A DNA stretch of 64,000 bases, taken from positions 18,662,001 through 18,726,000 of the forward strand of contig NC_043016.1 in assembly GCF_006345805.1 (NCBI RefSeq). The letters are read 5' to 3'. The notes beneath the pieces were generated by a model. The model had not been told where the DNA came from. It was given only the letters and a program-made list of their open reading frames with translations, and did not search any database. Each line of letters begins with the position of its first letter. Within the stretch, counting starts at the first letter, position 1. Origin of the DNA: Octopus sinensis. Taxonomy: Eukaryota. The position numbers and the translations under genes are program-made. Positions 1 through 13,050 of the stretch are shown here, in pieces.

Positions 1-471
1 AAACATGTATGCAATGTGTGTGTGTGTGTTGCCCGTATATATATACACAATATAAACGATATTCTCCGTTTCCCCACAACTAATTTCCAAATTAGCTGAA
101 TCCGTGGGCTCTACTCATAACGATATATAGCTGGTCGTACGTGAACATGGGAGAGAGCAGAGGTTACCAGAGCAAAAGAGCTACGTGTTGACTGTAGACG
201 AGCTCCTTTGCAAACGATCAGCTATTATTTTGTAAACAATGTTTCGAAACTGTTCATGCTTTCGAAAGGAGAGGTCTGACATTCACACCTCTGTGGGAGA
301 AGGTAGGCCTCTCTATTTCTCTTACAAAACCTACGCCCGGGTGCCAAATTTGCTTCAATTGATGGTATTACTCGAGTTGGAGGTGGTGGTGGGACAGGGG
401 CAGGGGCAAAGTCGTGAAAAAACATGTATGCAATAGGTGTATGTACGTATATGTTTGTGTGTGTGTGCTGC

Positions 472-544
<73 letters not shown>

Positions 545-1934
545 TTAGTTGTGATTTGAAAATAACCGCTTCTCACACAGAAGATCGGGGGCCCTTTTGG
601 GCGTTCTATTTTCTAGCTGGAAGAGTTCACAACCCATGGGCAAAGTGGGGTTACATGATGGGGGTGGTGTTTTCAAAACGGTTGGCATATGTAACCTGAT
701 CACCTCTGCCGATCTAACTCCCAGCCCATGCGCTCCCGTCGTGACATTGGTTCTGCAGAACTGGTTAGGGTTTGAAAACAACTTTAAAGTATAAATATAG
801 ATGTTTTTGAATCAGCAATGTTCGGTTAAATCCTATTTGGGTGAAAAATCAATAAACTGATTCCTTATGGGGCTTTCCATTTAATCAGAATAAAAAAGAA
901 TCGATAAACCGATTCCGTATAGGACTTCCCACTAAAATTGTTTATATCCCATTTTCAAATATAACGTCTACCAATTTTGATGTATTTTGTTCAAACGTGA
1001 TGCCAGCATTACTTAGGACTCGTGGGATCTTTGAATGCTTTAAGTTCTCCAAAAACGAAAAAAAAAAAAAATCGATAAACCGATTACTTATGGGATTTCC
1101 CAATCAAATTGTCTGCAAAATTTCAGCCAAAATTAACAGGACCACCAGAATAAGTCCCTTTCAAAGTATCCACGGATCGCCCATCGTGCAACTAACCTGC
1201 GATAACATCTCACCCCTGCCTGCAATGTGGCACTAAATGCAATGAATTGATGTCTAAATATACCATGTCGTAGCTTCCTGACAGAGCGGCGACGGCTTCC
1301 TATCAACATTTTGTTTGAGTGCATGGGCCTAAGAATAAAGAAAAGAACTGATGTCGCTTTCAGACCAATAACACCACGTGACCTGTGTTGACCAACAGAT
1401 TCCTGACATATAGAAGACATCTTGCATTTGTCTTATTTCCCTTTACTCTGCTCCAGATACTTGATGAGACACGTTCGTTCTGAGTCAAACTGTTATTAAA
1501 TAATGTAATTCCTACCAAATATGTTGAGCGTCACTTAGGTTTGTCCACTCGTATGTTTGTATACACAGACACTTACGCAAGCTCACACACACACACATCT
1601 TGTTATATGCAGCAATCTTTATCAAATTTTTTTCGGTTTAACTTCCCATTTTTATATCCATGTTGCTGTATCCTAGTATTATCCTAGTATAGATAGACTC
1701 AACCATTATAAATAAAGGACGAAAAATATCGGAATAATCCACAAACCAAATGTTGATATTTTGAATGCATCTTGTTCGTACGTTTTCAGTCATACAACTA
1801 TCATTGTGTGTTGATATTTGAAAATATAAAGGTTTATAAAATAGGATCGTTTCATCATGTTGAATCGTTAATCATCTAAACGTTGTTTCTCTCTTCGTTT
1901 TTTCCCGTTCTCTCTCCATTGTTTGCTTCTCAAC

Positions 1935-1972
1935 CCTTTCTGACGAAGACTGTAGGCTCGAAACGTCAAAGG
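1935..1972 (+). ncRNA. Minimal type I hammerhead ribozyme motif (Penelope pseudo-LTR type), possibly degenerate
   Basis: CCTTT-CTGACGA-AGACTGTAGGCTC-GAAA-C-GTC-AAAGG. Core CUGANGA (1940-1946) and GAAA (1960-1963). Stem I CCTTT/AAAGG is perfect. Palindromic stem III ACGT with GUC cleavage triplet (cut after 1967). Stem II is imperfect. Confidence 0.6.
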
Positions 1973-2063
1973 CTTTTCTAGTTTTCCCGAGCGTCAAATA
2001 ATACACCTGCTTGTTGTTCCCGCACCAATCTTCGTCTTCTGTTTTCTGTAAATTTGATCTACA

Positions 2064-2406
2064 TAGCAGTTGCTCGGATTACCTTAGAAAACCTTCGAAA
2101 ATACAAAGAATAAGAGAAGAAAAGAGATAAATAAATAAATAAAAAGATAGGTAGGGAAAGAGAGGAAAAAAAGAGATATATAAAGGAAGAGAACGGGACA
2201 ATAGGGATAAATAAAAAATGTTTAAACAGGTAAAACAAAAAAAACTGATTTAATTATTTTATTTATTTTCATTTCCCTTTCCCTTCCTATTATATATATT
2301 TTCTCTTTCTCTTTCTCTATTTATCGTTATTCCTTTTCTATCTCTTATTCATGTCCCCACTATGTATTTTGGCGGGTTTTCTAAAACTATCCGGATAGCA
2401 ACTACG
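2064..2406. mobile_element. Degenerate fold-back/MITE-like element
   Basis: 2064-2130 (agttgct..cggat..ttagaaaacc..aaaatac..gaataagaga) is an imperfect inverted repeat of about 2330-2406. The interior is purine-rich then pyrimidine-rich. No TSD identified. Confidence 0.45.
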
Positions 2407-2783
2407 TATGAAGTAAATTTTTATATATCTTTCTATTTTGAAATGTCACTCACAGGGTTTGCATCATACGCGAGTCATCTTACGTTGCTGCTCAAAACGT
2501 ACATATATTGTATTCAAATATCATCATATGGTTTAGCGATTAGTCTGTCTGTCTGTCTCTCTTTCTCTCACTCTGTATACACACGTACACACACATACTT
2601 ACACACACGTATATGTGTACGGATATGTATATATAAATATATATGCACTCACACATATACATATGTATGCACGTCTATATATATATATATATATATATAC
2701 TATGCACTTTATATCTATATCTATATATATATATGCATATATTTGTGTGTGTTTACATATATATGTATATATATACACACATT

Positions 2784-2826
<43 letters not shown>

Positions 2827-2827
2827 T

Positions 2828-2877
<50 letters not shown>

Positions 2878-3637
2878 GTGTGTGTGTGTGTGTGGAGAGA
2901 GAGAGATAGACAGACAGATAGATAAGCCTACATACATATATATTACATATGTATATATATGTGTGTATGGAAGGAGAGAGTGAGAGGAGAGTAAGGGGAA
3001 GAAGCACAGAGAAATAGTGGAGAGGGGAATGTAAGAAAAGTATGTATATAAGAAAACTGCTATAGGCATTACAGTTGATAGTGACGCTGGGTGCGAGCAG
3101 AACTATTATGAAAGTTTGAAGTAAAAAAAAAAAAAAAAAATGAAAGATAGGATAGTGTAATAACAATGACAGACAAAGCAGTGTATAATACGATGGAAGT
3201 AAAAGCAGAGACATAGTGTAATAAAGTAAATCATATGATGAGAAAATAGCGAACAGAAGACGCAAAGAATAGGAAAAAAGAAAGCGGTATGAAGAAAAAG
3301 CAGTAGAAAGTACAGTAGGATGAAAAAATTTGAGTGTTATACAGTAGAGTAGTGACAAAGCGATAGAGAAAACATATAGTGAACGCATACCGACATACAC
3401 TCATGCATACATGCTGAAGATATATGCATTGGTGTGTATGTATTCATATACAATAAATGTCTACATAGATATAGTGAACACACGTTTGTAGATATTGTAT
3501 ATATTTCGATATGAATGTGTATTCACTCATACGTTTGCATATATTTTGGCACACACAGACATTCGCATTTGTGTATATGTAAATGTGTGTGCATAAGTGT
3601 GCATGGATGCATACATGCACAAATATGTATATGCATA

Positions 3638-4015
<378 letters not shown>

Positions 4016-4866
4016 CATATATATACGCATACTCACACTCATATATATATAACATGTGCATATAGTTGGACAAACGCGTACATATGTATGAGCCTATGCA
4101 TTGTTCATGTATTCAGTGTGTATTGTGTACATACCCATGTGGATGTAGATATAAATACAAAGCTACATAGAAAGCTTGAGACAAGACGAGTTAAAGAAGT
4201 TGATAGATAAGATGTGTATGCATCCATATTTATGTGTGTGTTGCGAGGGTGCTTAAGCGTGTGCACATATGTGTGTATGTTTCTTTCTCTGAGTGTGCTC
4301 GAGCCATACGTGCTTGTGTGCTTTTCGCTAATTTGATTGACTATTTTACAAATTTGTGCCGCGAGTAAGACTGAAATGGAATCGGTATCTAAGAATGATT
4401 GACCATCATGTTGGTGAGATCCATTTCAGAAAACTACTTGCTTTTCCAATTATGATAACAGTAATCTTTATGAACTATCAAAAGAGAACGGTTGTTGTTT
4501 CCAACAACCGTTCTCTTCTGTAACTAGGGGCTGTTTTCTATCGTGATGATCCCGACAAGATGTTGTCTTGAAAGATAGAACCCGCGTTTTACGTATATGT
4601 TTATGTGTATACATATGCATCTATACATGCTTGCGATAGTTAAGTTTGGAGTTAAGTTTATCGTTCTAGATATACGTCAGTGTTTGCTATGTATTGTATT
4701 ATATATTTCGCATATTATTTTGCATCTTTATTTTCTATCCACTGCATTATTTTAGATCTGTTCATGTGTATTCCACATTTTATCGTTTTTTAAGTGGCTT
4801 AGATATTGTATCGCTCACTACATACCGAGACACACTCACACACATATATACTATGCATGATTGCTG

Positions 4867-4902
<36 letters not shown>

Positions 4903-5187
4903 ATATATATATACATATTAAACAAGCAAACGCATGAGTACATATGACAGTGAGTGAGCGTAACATACCTAATTATGTGTATATTTTCGGTGTATTATTT
5001 ATATGTTACTTCGTAATAATTTCTTATGCCGCTGTAGTTTTGTAAACATAGACGAAAGAAAAATGTGTAAAAAAAGAGCATTTTAAAAATGGAACAAAAA
5101 CATCGCTAAAAAAAGACATGTATAAAGAAAAAAAGCAAGTAAAAAGACTTTGTAGACCATACAAAGAGATGAAAATAAACACAACAC

Positions 5188-5204
5188 CAATAATAATAAT
5201 AATA

Positions 5205-5244
<40 letters not shown>

Positions 5245-5307
5245 TATATAATAATAATAATGATAATAATAAAAATCATAATAATAATGATGATGATAAT
5301 AATAATG

Positions 5308-5373
<66 letters not shown>

Positions 5374-5486
5374 TCATAATAATAATGATGATGATGATGA
5401 TGATAATAATAATAATAAAATAATAATAATAATAATAATATAATAATAATAATAAAATAGTAAAAATCATAATAATAATGATGATG

Positions 5487-5555
<69 letters not shown>
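5188..5555. repeat. (TAA)n/(TGA)n microsatellite
   Basis: Directly visible. Confidence 0.95.
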
Positions 5556-5557
<2 letters not shown>

Positions 5558-5720
5558 CCATGTCGCGCACATATGGTTGTGATGCATGTGCCTGGTGTAC
5601 CCTTATCAGACGGGTAGTCATGATGGGTATATTGGGCTTCGTATATTTTACCCCAGTGTCACTTTGATGGCATGAACTGCTCTCTCACTCAATAATAATA
5701 ATAATAATAATAATAATAAT
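5556..5720 (+). mobile_element. 5'-truncated retroposon 3' end with (AAT)n tail, embedded in a (TAA)n array
   Basis: 135 bp of mid-GC unique sequence (5556-5690) flanked on both sides by (AAT)n in the same orientation. Single copy in this window, so the family is not established. Confidence 0.45.
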
Positions 5721-5961
5721 TGCCCTCATGCAATAGCTCTAATGGTTTCTGATCTTAACTGATTGGAAGTGTTATCATGTTTTGTCTTTTGTAAAAGACG
5801 GACTGCAGCAAATATTCTGCTCAATGCCTCAGATTTGCTTGTCAGTTGCTTGAGCTTAACCAGTGGAGCATGGCTGACAATATGTGCATCTCTGATCACG
5901 AGCAGAAGTATCGTGCATGGTAACACGTTTCTTCGATGTCTGTAAATCTGATTTCATTTAT

Positions 5962-6007
<46 letters not shown>

Positions 6008-6012
6008 TATAT

Positions 6013-6056
<44 letters not shown>

Positions 6057-7264
6057 ATATATACATGTGTGTGCGTGTGTAGCGTCACGAGCGATTTCAC
6101 ACAACGCGCGCACGCACGCACACACACACACACATACACACGTCTACATACAACTATGTATTATACACAAGTGGGTGTATTTCTGTGTCGATTTCAACAC
6201 GTGTAATTATATAGTGATAATTTAAGTGGTTGGATGGGTTTAGCATCTATCCTCAGCATATAGGTACTGAAGCCTTCTGTGCCCTTAATTATAATTGTAT
6301 CTTATACTATTATAAATATTGATATATGAATTTACCTAAATAGGTCTATTTATTATGCTGGCCACTGATAGAATTTTTAATCATTTTATCCTATAATTAT
6401 TTTCGGATATATTCCATTCACTTCAGAACAGTTTAGTCGCATCCGTACTATTCTGACCAAATACACATGTTGAAATGGACTGCGAAATTCAAGGCGTATA
6501 TATTTGGGAAATTTCTGCGTAATCGCAGCTTTGCGGGGTGCTTTTCTGAGGGTATGTATAAATATTTCATTTATCTCGCTCAGTATCTGTCGCTGATGAA
6601 GCAAAAAGTTATGAAACTAATACAGAAATTGGTCAATCCAAAACTAGCTGAATTATTCTTTGAATTTTGGTCAGTGTGCTTCCTCGATTTCAGCATTGTG
6701 TAAACTGTCTAGTGTTAATTTAAGAGGTTGGATGGATTTAACATCTATCTCCAGCATATATGCACTGAACCCTTCTGTGTTACACACGCACACACATACA
6801 CATACACATATGGGGAAAATAAGTTCAAAAGAGAACAATTCAAACAATTCAAAAAGCAAGAAAGAATGATTTCTAATAAAGATCCATCATATTCAGAAAA
6901 AAAAGCCAGAGTAAATAATAAGAACATGAAAATAGTAGTTGAAAAATATCGCTATAGGTATAAATATACCATAAACAATTATAAAAAAGTGGAGGAGGAA
7001 AAGATGTTGAATCAAAATTAGATTTAATACAAAATAGGATTCAATACATACGCGCGTTTCAAAGGACAATAAAAATATGTAAGAAAAAAATGATAAGCAA
7101 ATTATAATTAAATTCTTACTAGAAGAATTTAACCTCCTCTAATACTTATACTAACCCCAATTATTCAAATAGCTCTGTATCTTCTACCAACGATTTCCAT
7201 ACTCACACAAGCTCTTCCTGTACCAACACGCATACACATAACAACAGTACGCCTAATATTAAAA

Positions 7265-7685
7265 ACAATTGTAATTGTAGAAACCCTAACACCTGTGAAG
7301 TAATTGTAAAATGAAAAATGTTGTATTTAAAGCTACTATTACAACACTTGATATCTCTAGGTTTCATTATATAGGTTGCATGCAGACCCCTCTTAAATTA
7401 CGTTTGAATAATCACAGATCATCTTTTAATGATCCTCGGAAAGAAAGTCGTACTAGTTTATCCACAAAGGTATGGCAACTTAAAAGAGACAACATAAATT
7501 TCTCAATTTCTTGGAATATTGTTTCTTCTGTCCCCTCTTATAGGATTAGAAATAGAACGTGCCCTATATGCCTTGAAGACTCTTATATAACTATGAAAAT
7601 GAACGATTCTATCTTAAATTCGAGAGATGAAAGAGTTTTCTCTTGTAAACATATGACCAAATTTCCTTTCATGAACCTTAAATAG
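7265..7685 (+). mobile_element. Penelope-like element fragment: Cys-rich linker plus GIY-YIG endonuclease
   Basis: CNCRNPNTC then a frameshift into NVVFKATI..HYIGC..LKLRLNNHRSSF..TSLSTKVWQLK..SWNI..CPICLE..ILNSRDE..CKHMTKF, the C-terminal pattern of PLE proteins. No RT seen upstream. Confidence 0.8.
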
Positions 7686-7740
7686 TCTTATTGATTACCT
7701 CTTTGTCATTTTCTTATTAGTTCATATTACACTCTTAGGT

Positions 7741-8780
7741 TATGTATATGTATGTATTCTCTGTGTGTGCACGTTTTTATGTATGCATGCTTGTGTGGGT
7801 ATGTTTATGCACTTGCGCTCGTGTTTTATATGCATGTGTATATATATATGTATCTATATGTGTGTATGTGTATGTACGTGTGTATATATGTACATATGTA
7901 TATATTTGTGCTTGTGTATATTTTATGTGTATGCATGTATATATATACTTATGTATGCATATATGTATATATATATATATTCGCATGTAGGTATGTATGC
8001 ATATTTTACTTGTATGTCTTTGTGTTTGTACATGAATGTATTTTATGTTTCTTGTCTACATGTGTATATACAAGTATATGTAGATGTGTATGTATGTATT
8101 CTTGTTCTTGTCTGCATATGCATATTTTTGTGTGTGGATTCATTAACATGCACGCATACGTGTGTATATTTGTGTATATATGTGTATTTCTATGTTTTTT
8201 AATATGTTTTTCTTTGGTGTATTTTGCATGCACTTTTGTGCTTTTTGTCTTCTGTTTTGGTGGATGTGTATATATTATGTGTATACATGTGTGTTTGTGT
8301 ATATATATATATGCATATATATATAATATATATATATATTATATGTATATGTATTTATTTATTTATACATATATGTATGTATATATGTACACGTGTGTGC
8401 GTGTACATGGATGTGCATGTTTATGCTTTATGTGTTTGTAGGTGTGTGTATATATGTGCATATATATATAAATGGATATATATATATCTATATATATATA
8501 TATATATAATATATATATATGTGTATATGTAAGTGTAGGTATATATATAGTTTTGCATGTATATGTGTATATGGTTACATATGTGTGGTTGTATGTATGT
8601 GTGTATATGTATATATATATATATTTATATCTATATATGTATTATGTGAATACGTACTTTAGTTTACATGTATCTTCCCTCACACTTGCACCCCTGAATA
8701 TGTGTGAGTGCATGCATGATTTTTTATGTATATATGTGTGTTTCGTATGTGTTATGTATATATATATATATGTGTATGAC
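7741..8780. repeat. Degenerate (TA)/(TG)/(TATG) low-complexity tract
   Basis: Directly visible; source of several overlapping VYMC-type ORFs. Confidence 0.9.
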
Positions 8781-9215
8781 TGTGTATCCTCATGTGTTAA
8801 GTGGATAAATTTTTTCTATCACTTGTAATTTTATAATAATTTTCTCCTTCATATATTCGTTTTTTGTTCTTACTTTTTTTTTCTGATTGTCTCCCCTACC
8901 TCGGGCTAGTTTTTGAGTAAGGTAACTATCTTGTCTGATCGATGTTTTTTCCTTGTTAAGTTCTCTTTGGTTTTCTCTCTGCATGTATGTACATTTTTAC
9001 TTTAACATTGTAACTTTTTTCAAACATAGACTTGCTTATCACATGTTAGTCTCGTGTAATATATATATTTACACACACACACACACATATATATATAGAA
9101 ATCACAAAGAGTTATACATATACATATTAATACTGAAAAACGATATATTTTATATAGACATATATTTATTTATGTATGTATGTATATATATATATATTGT
9201 ATGTATGTATATATA

Positions 9216-9263
<48 letters not shown>

Positions 9264-9420
9264 TATATATATATATATATATTATTAGTATAATAAATAT
9301 ATATATATATATTACATATATATATATATTATATATATATATATAAAATCCTTAAATCCTTAAAAAGTTTTAGCCCGAAGACCTCGGCCATGCTGGGGCA
9401 CCACCGCTGAATGAGCTACA

Positions 9421-11318
9421 CTAGTTTGTGAATCCACCTCTGATACGTGGCACTTGATCAACAAGGGAGTTCGATGCTGCTGCCCGCATCCGTGTCTCCT
9501 GTCGTGAGGTAGGTTCATCTGGGACTCCCAACAAGAAGAGATCCAGTTTAGTTTTAAAGAAACCCACATCCACACCATGTAAGTCTCTCAGGCATTTAGG
9601 GAGGATGTTAAAGAGCTGTGGTCCTCTGAAACCCAAGCTGTTGCAGTATCTGGACCTGTATTTTGATGGTGATGTTGGAATCCTTGGCACCACGCAGCGG
9701 CGCCCCGTTCTGCGGTTGGAGTAACTTGAATGCCAAAGTTTGGCACAAGACCCTCCAGGATTTTCCGGATGTATATCACTGCATATCTCTCCCGCCTCCG
9801 CTCCAGGGAGAAGAGGTTTAATACCTTCAGTCTTTCCCAGTAGCTGACATTTTGCATTGAGACGATTTTCTTTGTGTAGCTTCTCTGAGTTGCTTCGAGT
9901 TCTGCTGTTTGTTTTATATTGTGTGGTGACCAAAGTTGGGAGCAGTAGTCCAAGGAGGCTGATTTTTTTTCCATAGGACCATCAGTGTCTCCTTCTCTCT
10001 TGTTCTGAAAGTTCGGAGAATCCATCCAGCTAGCCGTCTGCATTTTATCACCAGATTAGCAATATGCATTTGGAAAGATGCATCATTGCTCATGTCAATG
10101 CCCAGGTCACGCACTGATTTTGACTCAGGGATTGCAATTCTTCCTGGGCCAGTGTATCCAGTCTTCACGTCATTTACCTTTGTGTGCCAGTAGCGCAGGG
10201 CCTGGAACTTACCTGCATTAAACTGCATGTTGTTGTCCTCAGCCCACCTGTATATTGTGTCTAGCTCATGTTGCAGATGCGCAATATTTTCAGGGTTTTG
10301 TATTGCGTGGGAGACTTTTGTGTCATCTGCATAGCTAGCAAGGGTGGTCATCGTAGCAACTGAAGGCATGTCTGAAAGGGCCACTATGAACATCAGTGGC
10401 CCCAAGACAGTGCCCTGTGGGACACCGCTTGTTATTTGCGTTTCCCTGGAGGTGGCTCCATTGCTCACAACTGCCTGTTTTCTGTCTTTTAGGAAGTTGT
10501 GCAGCCACTCTCCAAGTTTCCGCCTATGCCGAGACCACGCAGTTTGTGACAGATCATACCATGGTCGACTTTATCAAAGGCTTTTGCAAAGTCAAGATAT
10601 ATTACATCTACATTTGAGCCATTTAGTAGCTGTTTCAACACCCAGTCATAGTGTTGCAGGAGCTGTGTTAGGCAGCCTCTACCTGGTCGAAATCCATGCT
10701 GGGTGTCAGACATTAAGTCATTTTCTTCAAGGAACATGATTAGTTCTTACGGACTATTCGTTCCATGACTTTGCTGATGTGTGAGGTCAGAGAGATAGGC
10801 CTATAATTTTTAGCATCTGCTCTGCTACCTCCCTTATGGATAGGGCATATTACCCCCTCTTTCAGTTTGACTGGGAGCTTACCACTTGCAAGAAAGCTCT
10901 GAAAAAGAAGCTGTAGCGGTTTTGCAAGGGCTCGTTTGCACGAGTTGAGAAGGATCGCTGGGAATCCATCAGGTCCAGCAGCTGAGTTTGTGTCAATCTC
11001 ATCAATGGCTAGTGTGATATCATCTTCTTCGATGTTGATGTACTCAATTTTTGTCTCTTTGGCCGCTGGTAAAGTGGCAAAGAATTCTTCTGGGTTGTTA
11101 CTTGCCTGTGTCCTAGAGGTGTAGTGAACACACTTTGGAACTGTTCGTTCAGTATTTCACTTATCCTCGTGGGATTTCCTGTGAGAGAGCCATCTTTTTG
11201 GAAGAGAGGTCCTATCTCTGGTGCACTGTGGCTGTCTCTCTTGGCAAACTTAAAGAAAGCTTTAGGGTTTGATTTTATATTTTCTATTACCCAAGCTTCT
11301 TTATCTGCTCTCTCCTTT
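9421..11318 (-). pseudogene. LINE ORF2 reverse transcriptase and C-terminus, broken into several frames
   Basis: AAGPDG, NYRPISLTS, QHGFRPGRGCLTQL, YLDFAKAFDKVDH, SGVPQGTVLGPLMF, YADDTK, LERRRERY, LDLFLLGVPDEP..SNSLVDQ spread over ORFs 10489-10737, 9914-10468, 9588-10043 and 9421-9933. Confidence 0.9.
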
Positions 11319-12425
11319 TCATGACTGATGTAGACTTTTCTCAGTTTCCATTAGCATTCTTTCGAGCCGAGACTTCTCACCACTTTTGGTGTGCTTGCTC
11401 AGGCGGTTTGCAATCCTTGTCCGTCGTCTCATAAGAATCCTCCTTTCTCTAGGGATCCTGTTTTTGTTCTTGTGTGTGCTGGCCCTGCACATTGGGACAT
11501 ATTTGTCACATATGGCTTGTATTATGGACATGAAGTGTTTGTGTTTCATGTTTATGTCCGGTGTGGAGAGACATTCAGGCCAATCCTGTTTGAGGATCTC
11601 TTTCTCAATCGACTTCCAGTTGGCTTTATGAAAGTTTAAGTTGGAGAGATGGTGGGTGCTTCGTATAGGCTGTGTGTCTGCGGGGGCTTTTGTTCCATAC
11701 ATAGACAGCTCTATTATGTTGTGATCCGAGATCATTGTCGGCATCACATTAACATTATGGATAATATCCATATTGTTTGTGAAGCAGAGATCCAGTATAT
11801 TATCTGCCCTTGTTGGTTGCAGAACTATTTGCTCCATGAAAGAGGTATTTGTGAGATGGAGCAGGGACTCCACCTGTGCCTGCTGATGGTGTGTCATCCC
11901 TGGGAGCATCTGCCCCCCAGGCCATTCCACATTGGGGAGGTTAAAGTCACCCATGAAGAATACACTGTTGTGCTGTTCAAGGTTGGTGAGGACTTCTATT
12001 TTTGTTAGGCAGTCTTCAAACATGCCTGAGTGTTTTGGGGCGTCTGGTGGGCGATATGTAGTGCATATGACGATATTCAGTTGTCTTATGTGTACAATTT
12101 GAGTTTCACGTACTGAGTTTGAATATGACAGCAGGACCTGGGGCGTGAGGTCATCTCGGATGTACATTGCAACTCCACCATGGCTCCTCCCTTTTCTATC
12201 TGTGCGCATGACTGCATATTGCGGCATGTGTATTTCTGCATCACCTGTATCGGGTTCAAGATGCGTTTCTGTGAGTGCCATGCATATAGCTTGATTGCAT
12301 GTCACAAGGTCTCTCAGGAATGAAATTTTCTTTTTACAGTTTCCGCGCAGCAGCCCTCCTACATTCAGTAGAAATATTTTGTGGGTGTGTGTGTTGGTGT
12401 GGTGTCTGTGGTGGCCATCCTGCAT
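11319..12425 (-). pseudogene. LINE ORF2 N-terminal apurinic/apyrimidinic-like endonuclease (APE) segment
   Basis: Motifs LLNVGGL, ALTETHL, DRKGRSHGGVAMYI, YRPP, MGDFNLP, PTRADNILDL, SDHN. Frameshifts out of the RT frame at about 11320. Confidence 0.9.
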
Positions 12426-13050
12426 CTGTTGGAGGTGGCCTTATGTGGTGGTAGTTCCAGCTTTGTGCTTGTAGCCAGGTCAGCTGCTGAACAAATTTTT
12501 GTGCCATGACAAAAAAAGACTGCTGTTCAGCTGCCGCCCTTCTCACATCTGGGTGAAGCTGGCCACCTGTTGGTTTCCGCGCACCACATCTGCATACCGT
12601 CTTCAGTAGTGGTCAGTGCGTTTTTTCCCTTCCTTTAACTTTTGTTTTTGTTTTTGTTCTCCCTGAGGGAAGGACCTCTGTCTCGCGTCCGTGCGGTTTT
12701 GGTAGGGCCTCCGATGTGCAAAGCGACAGTTTGCACCTTCAACGCCGTACCAGCAGTCCCCCTCAGGTAGAATTTGCAGGTGTTTCTTCCCTGCCCTTAC
12801 AGTTTTTGCTGGGGTCCCTCTGCTTTCTCTGGACAGGGCTCCTTTAGCCTTGATTCTGTCACCTTTACCTCCTGCTTCCCATCAATTCCAGGGTGCCTTT
12901 CCTTTCTTGCGGCCATCGCACCTCTTTGGTCTTCAGTTGTGGTGTTGGAAGCTGGACATGTGTCATCGTTTCCCTGTGTTCCAGGCTTCTCCATTTGGCT
13001 CTGGATGCTTTCCTCATCCTTTTGGCCCTCCCTGCTGCCGTCACCTCCCA
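12334..13050 (-). pseudogene. LINE ORF1 remnant with a frameshifted CCCH-type zinc finger
   Basis: Minus strand 12712-12780 reads CKFYLRG then, after a 1-nt shift, CWYGVEGANCRFAH. Lies immediately upstream of ORF2. Confidence 0.55.

Noticed and set aside
1133-1420. 95-aa minus ORF with a YDMVYLD-like string in another frame
   Set aside because: No further RT motifs in register; unassigned.
6593-6626. CTGATGA..GAAAC as a further hammerhead
   Set aside because: Stem II is very weak and the proximal stem I is mismatched. Other CTGANGA hits (13496, 15880, 20487, 30566, 46536) lack a correctly placed GAAA and stems.
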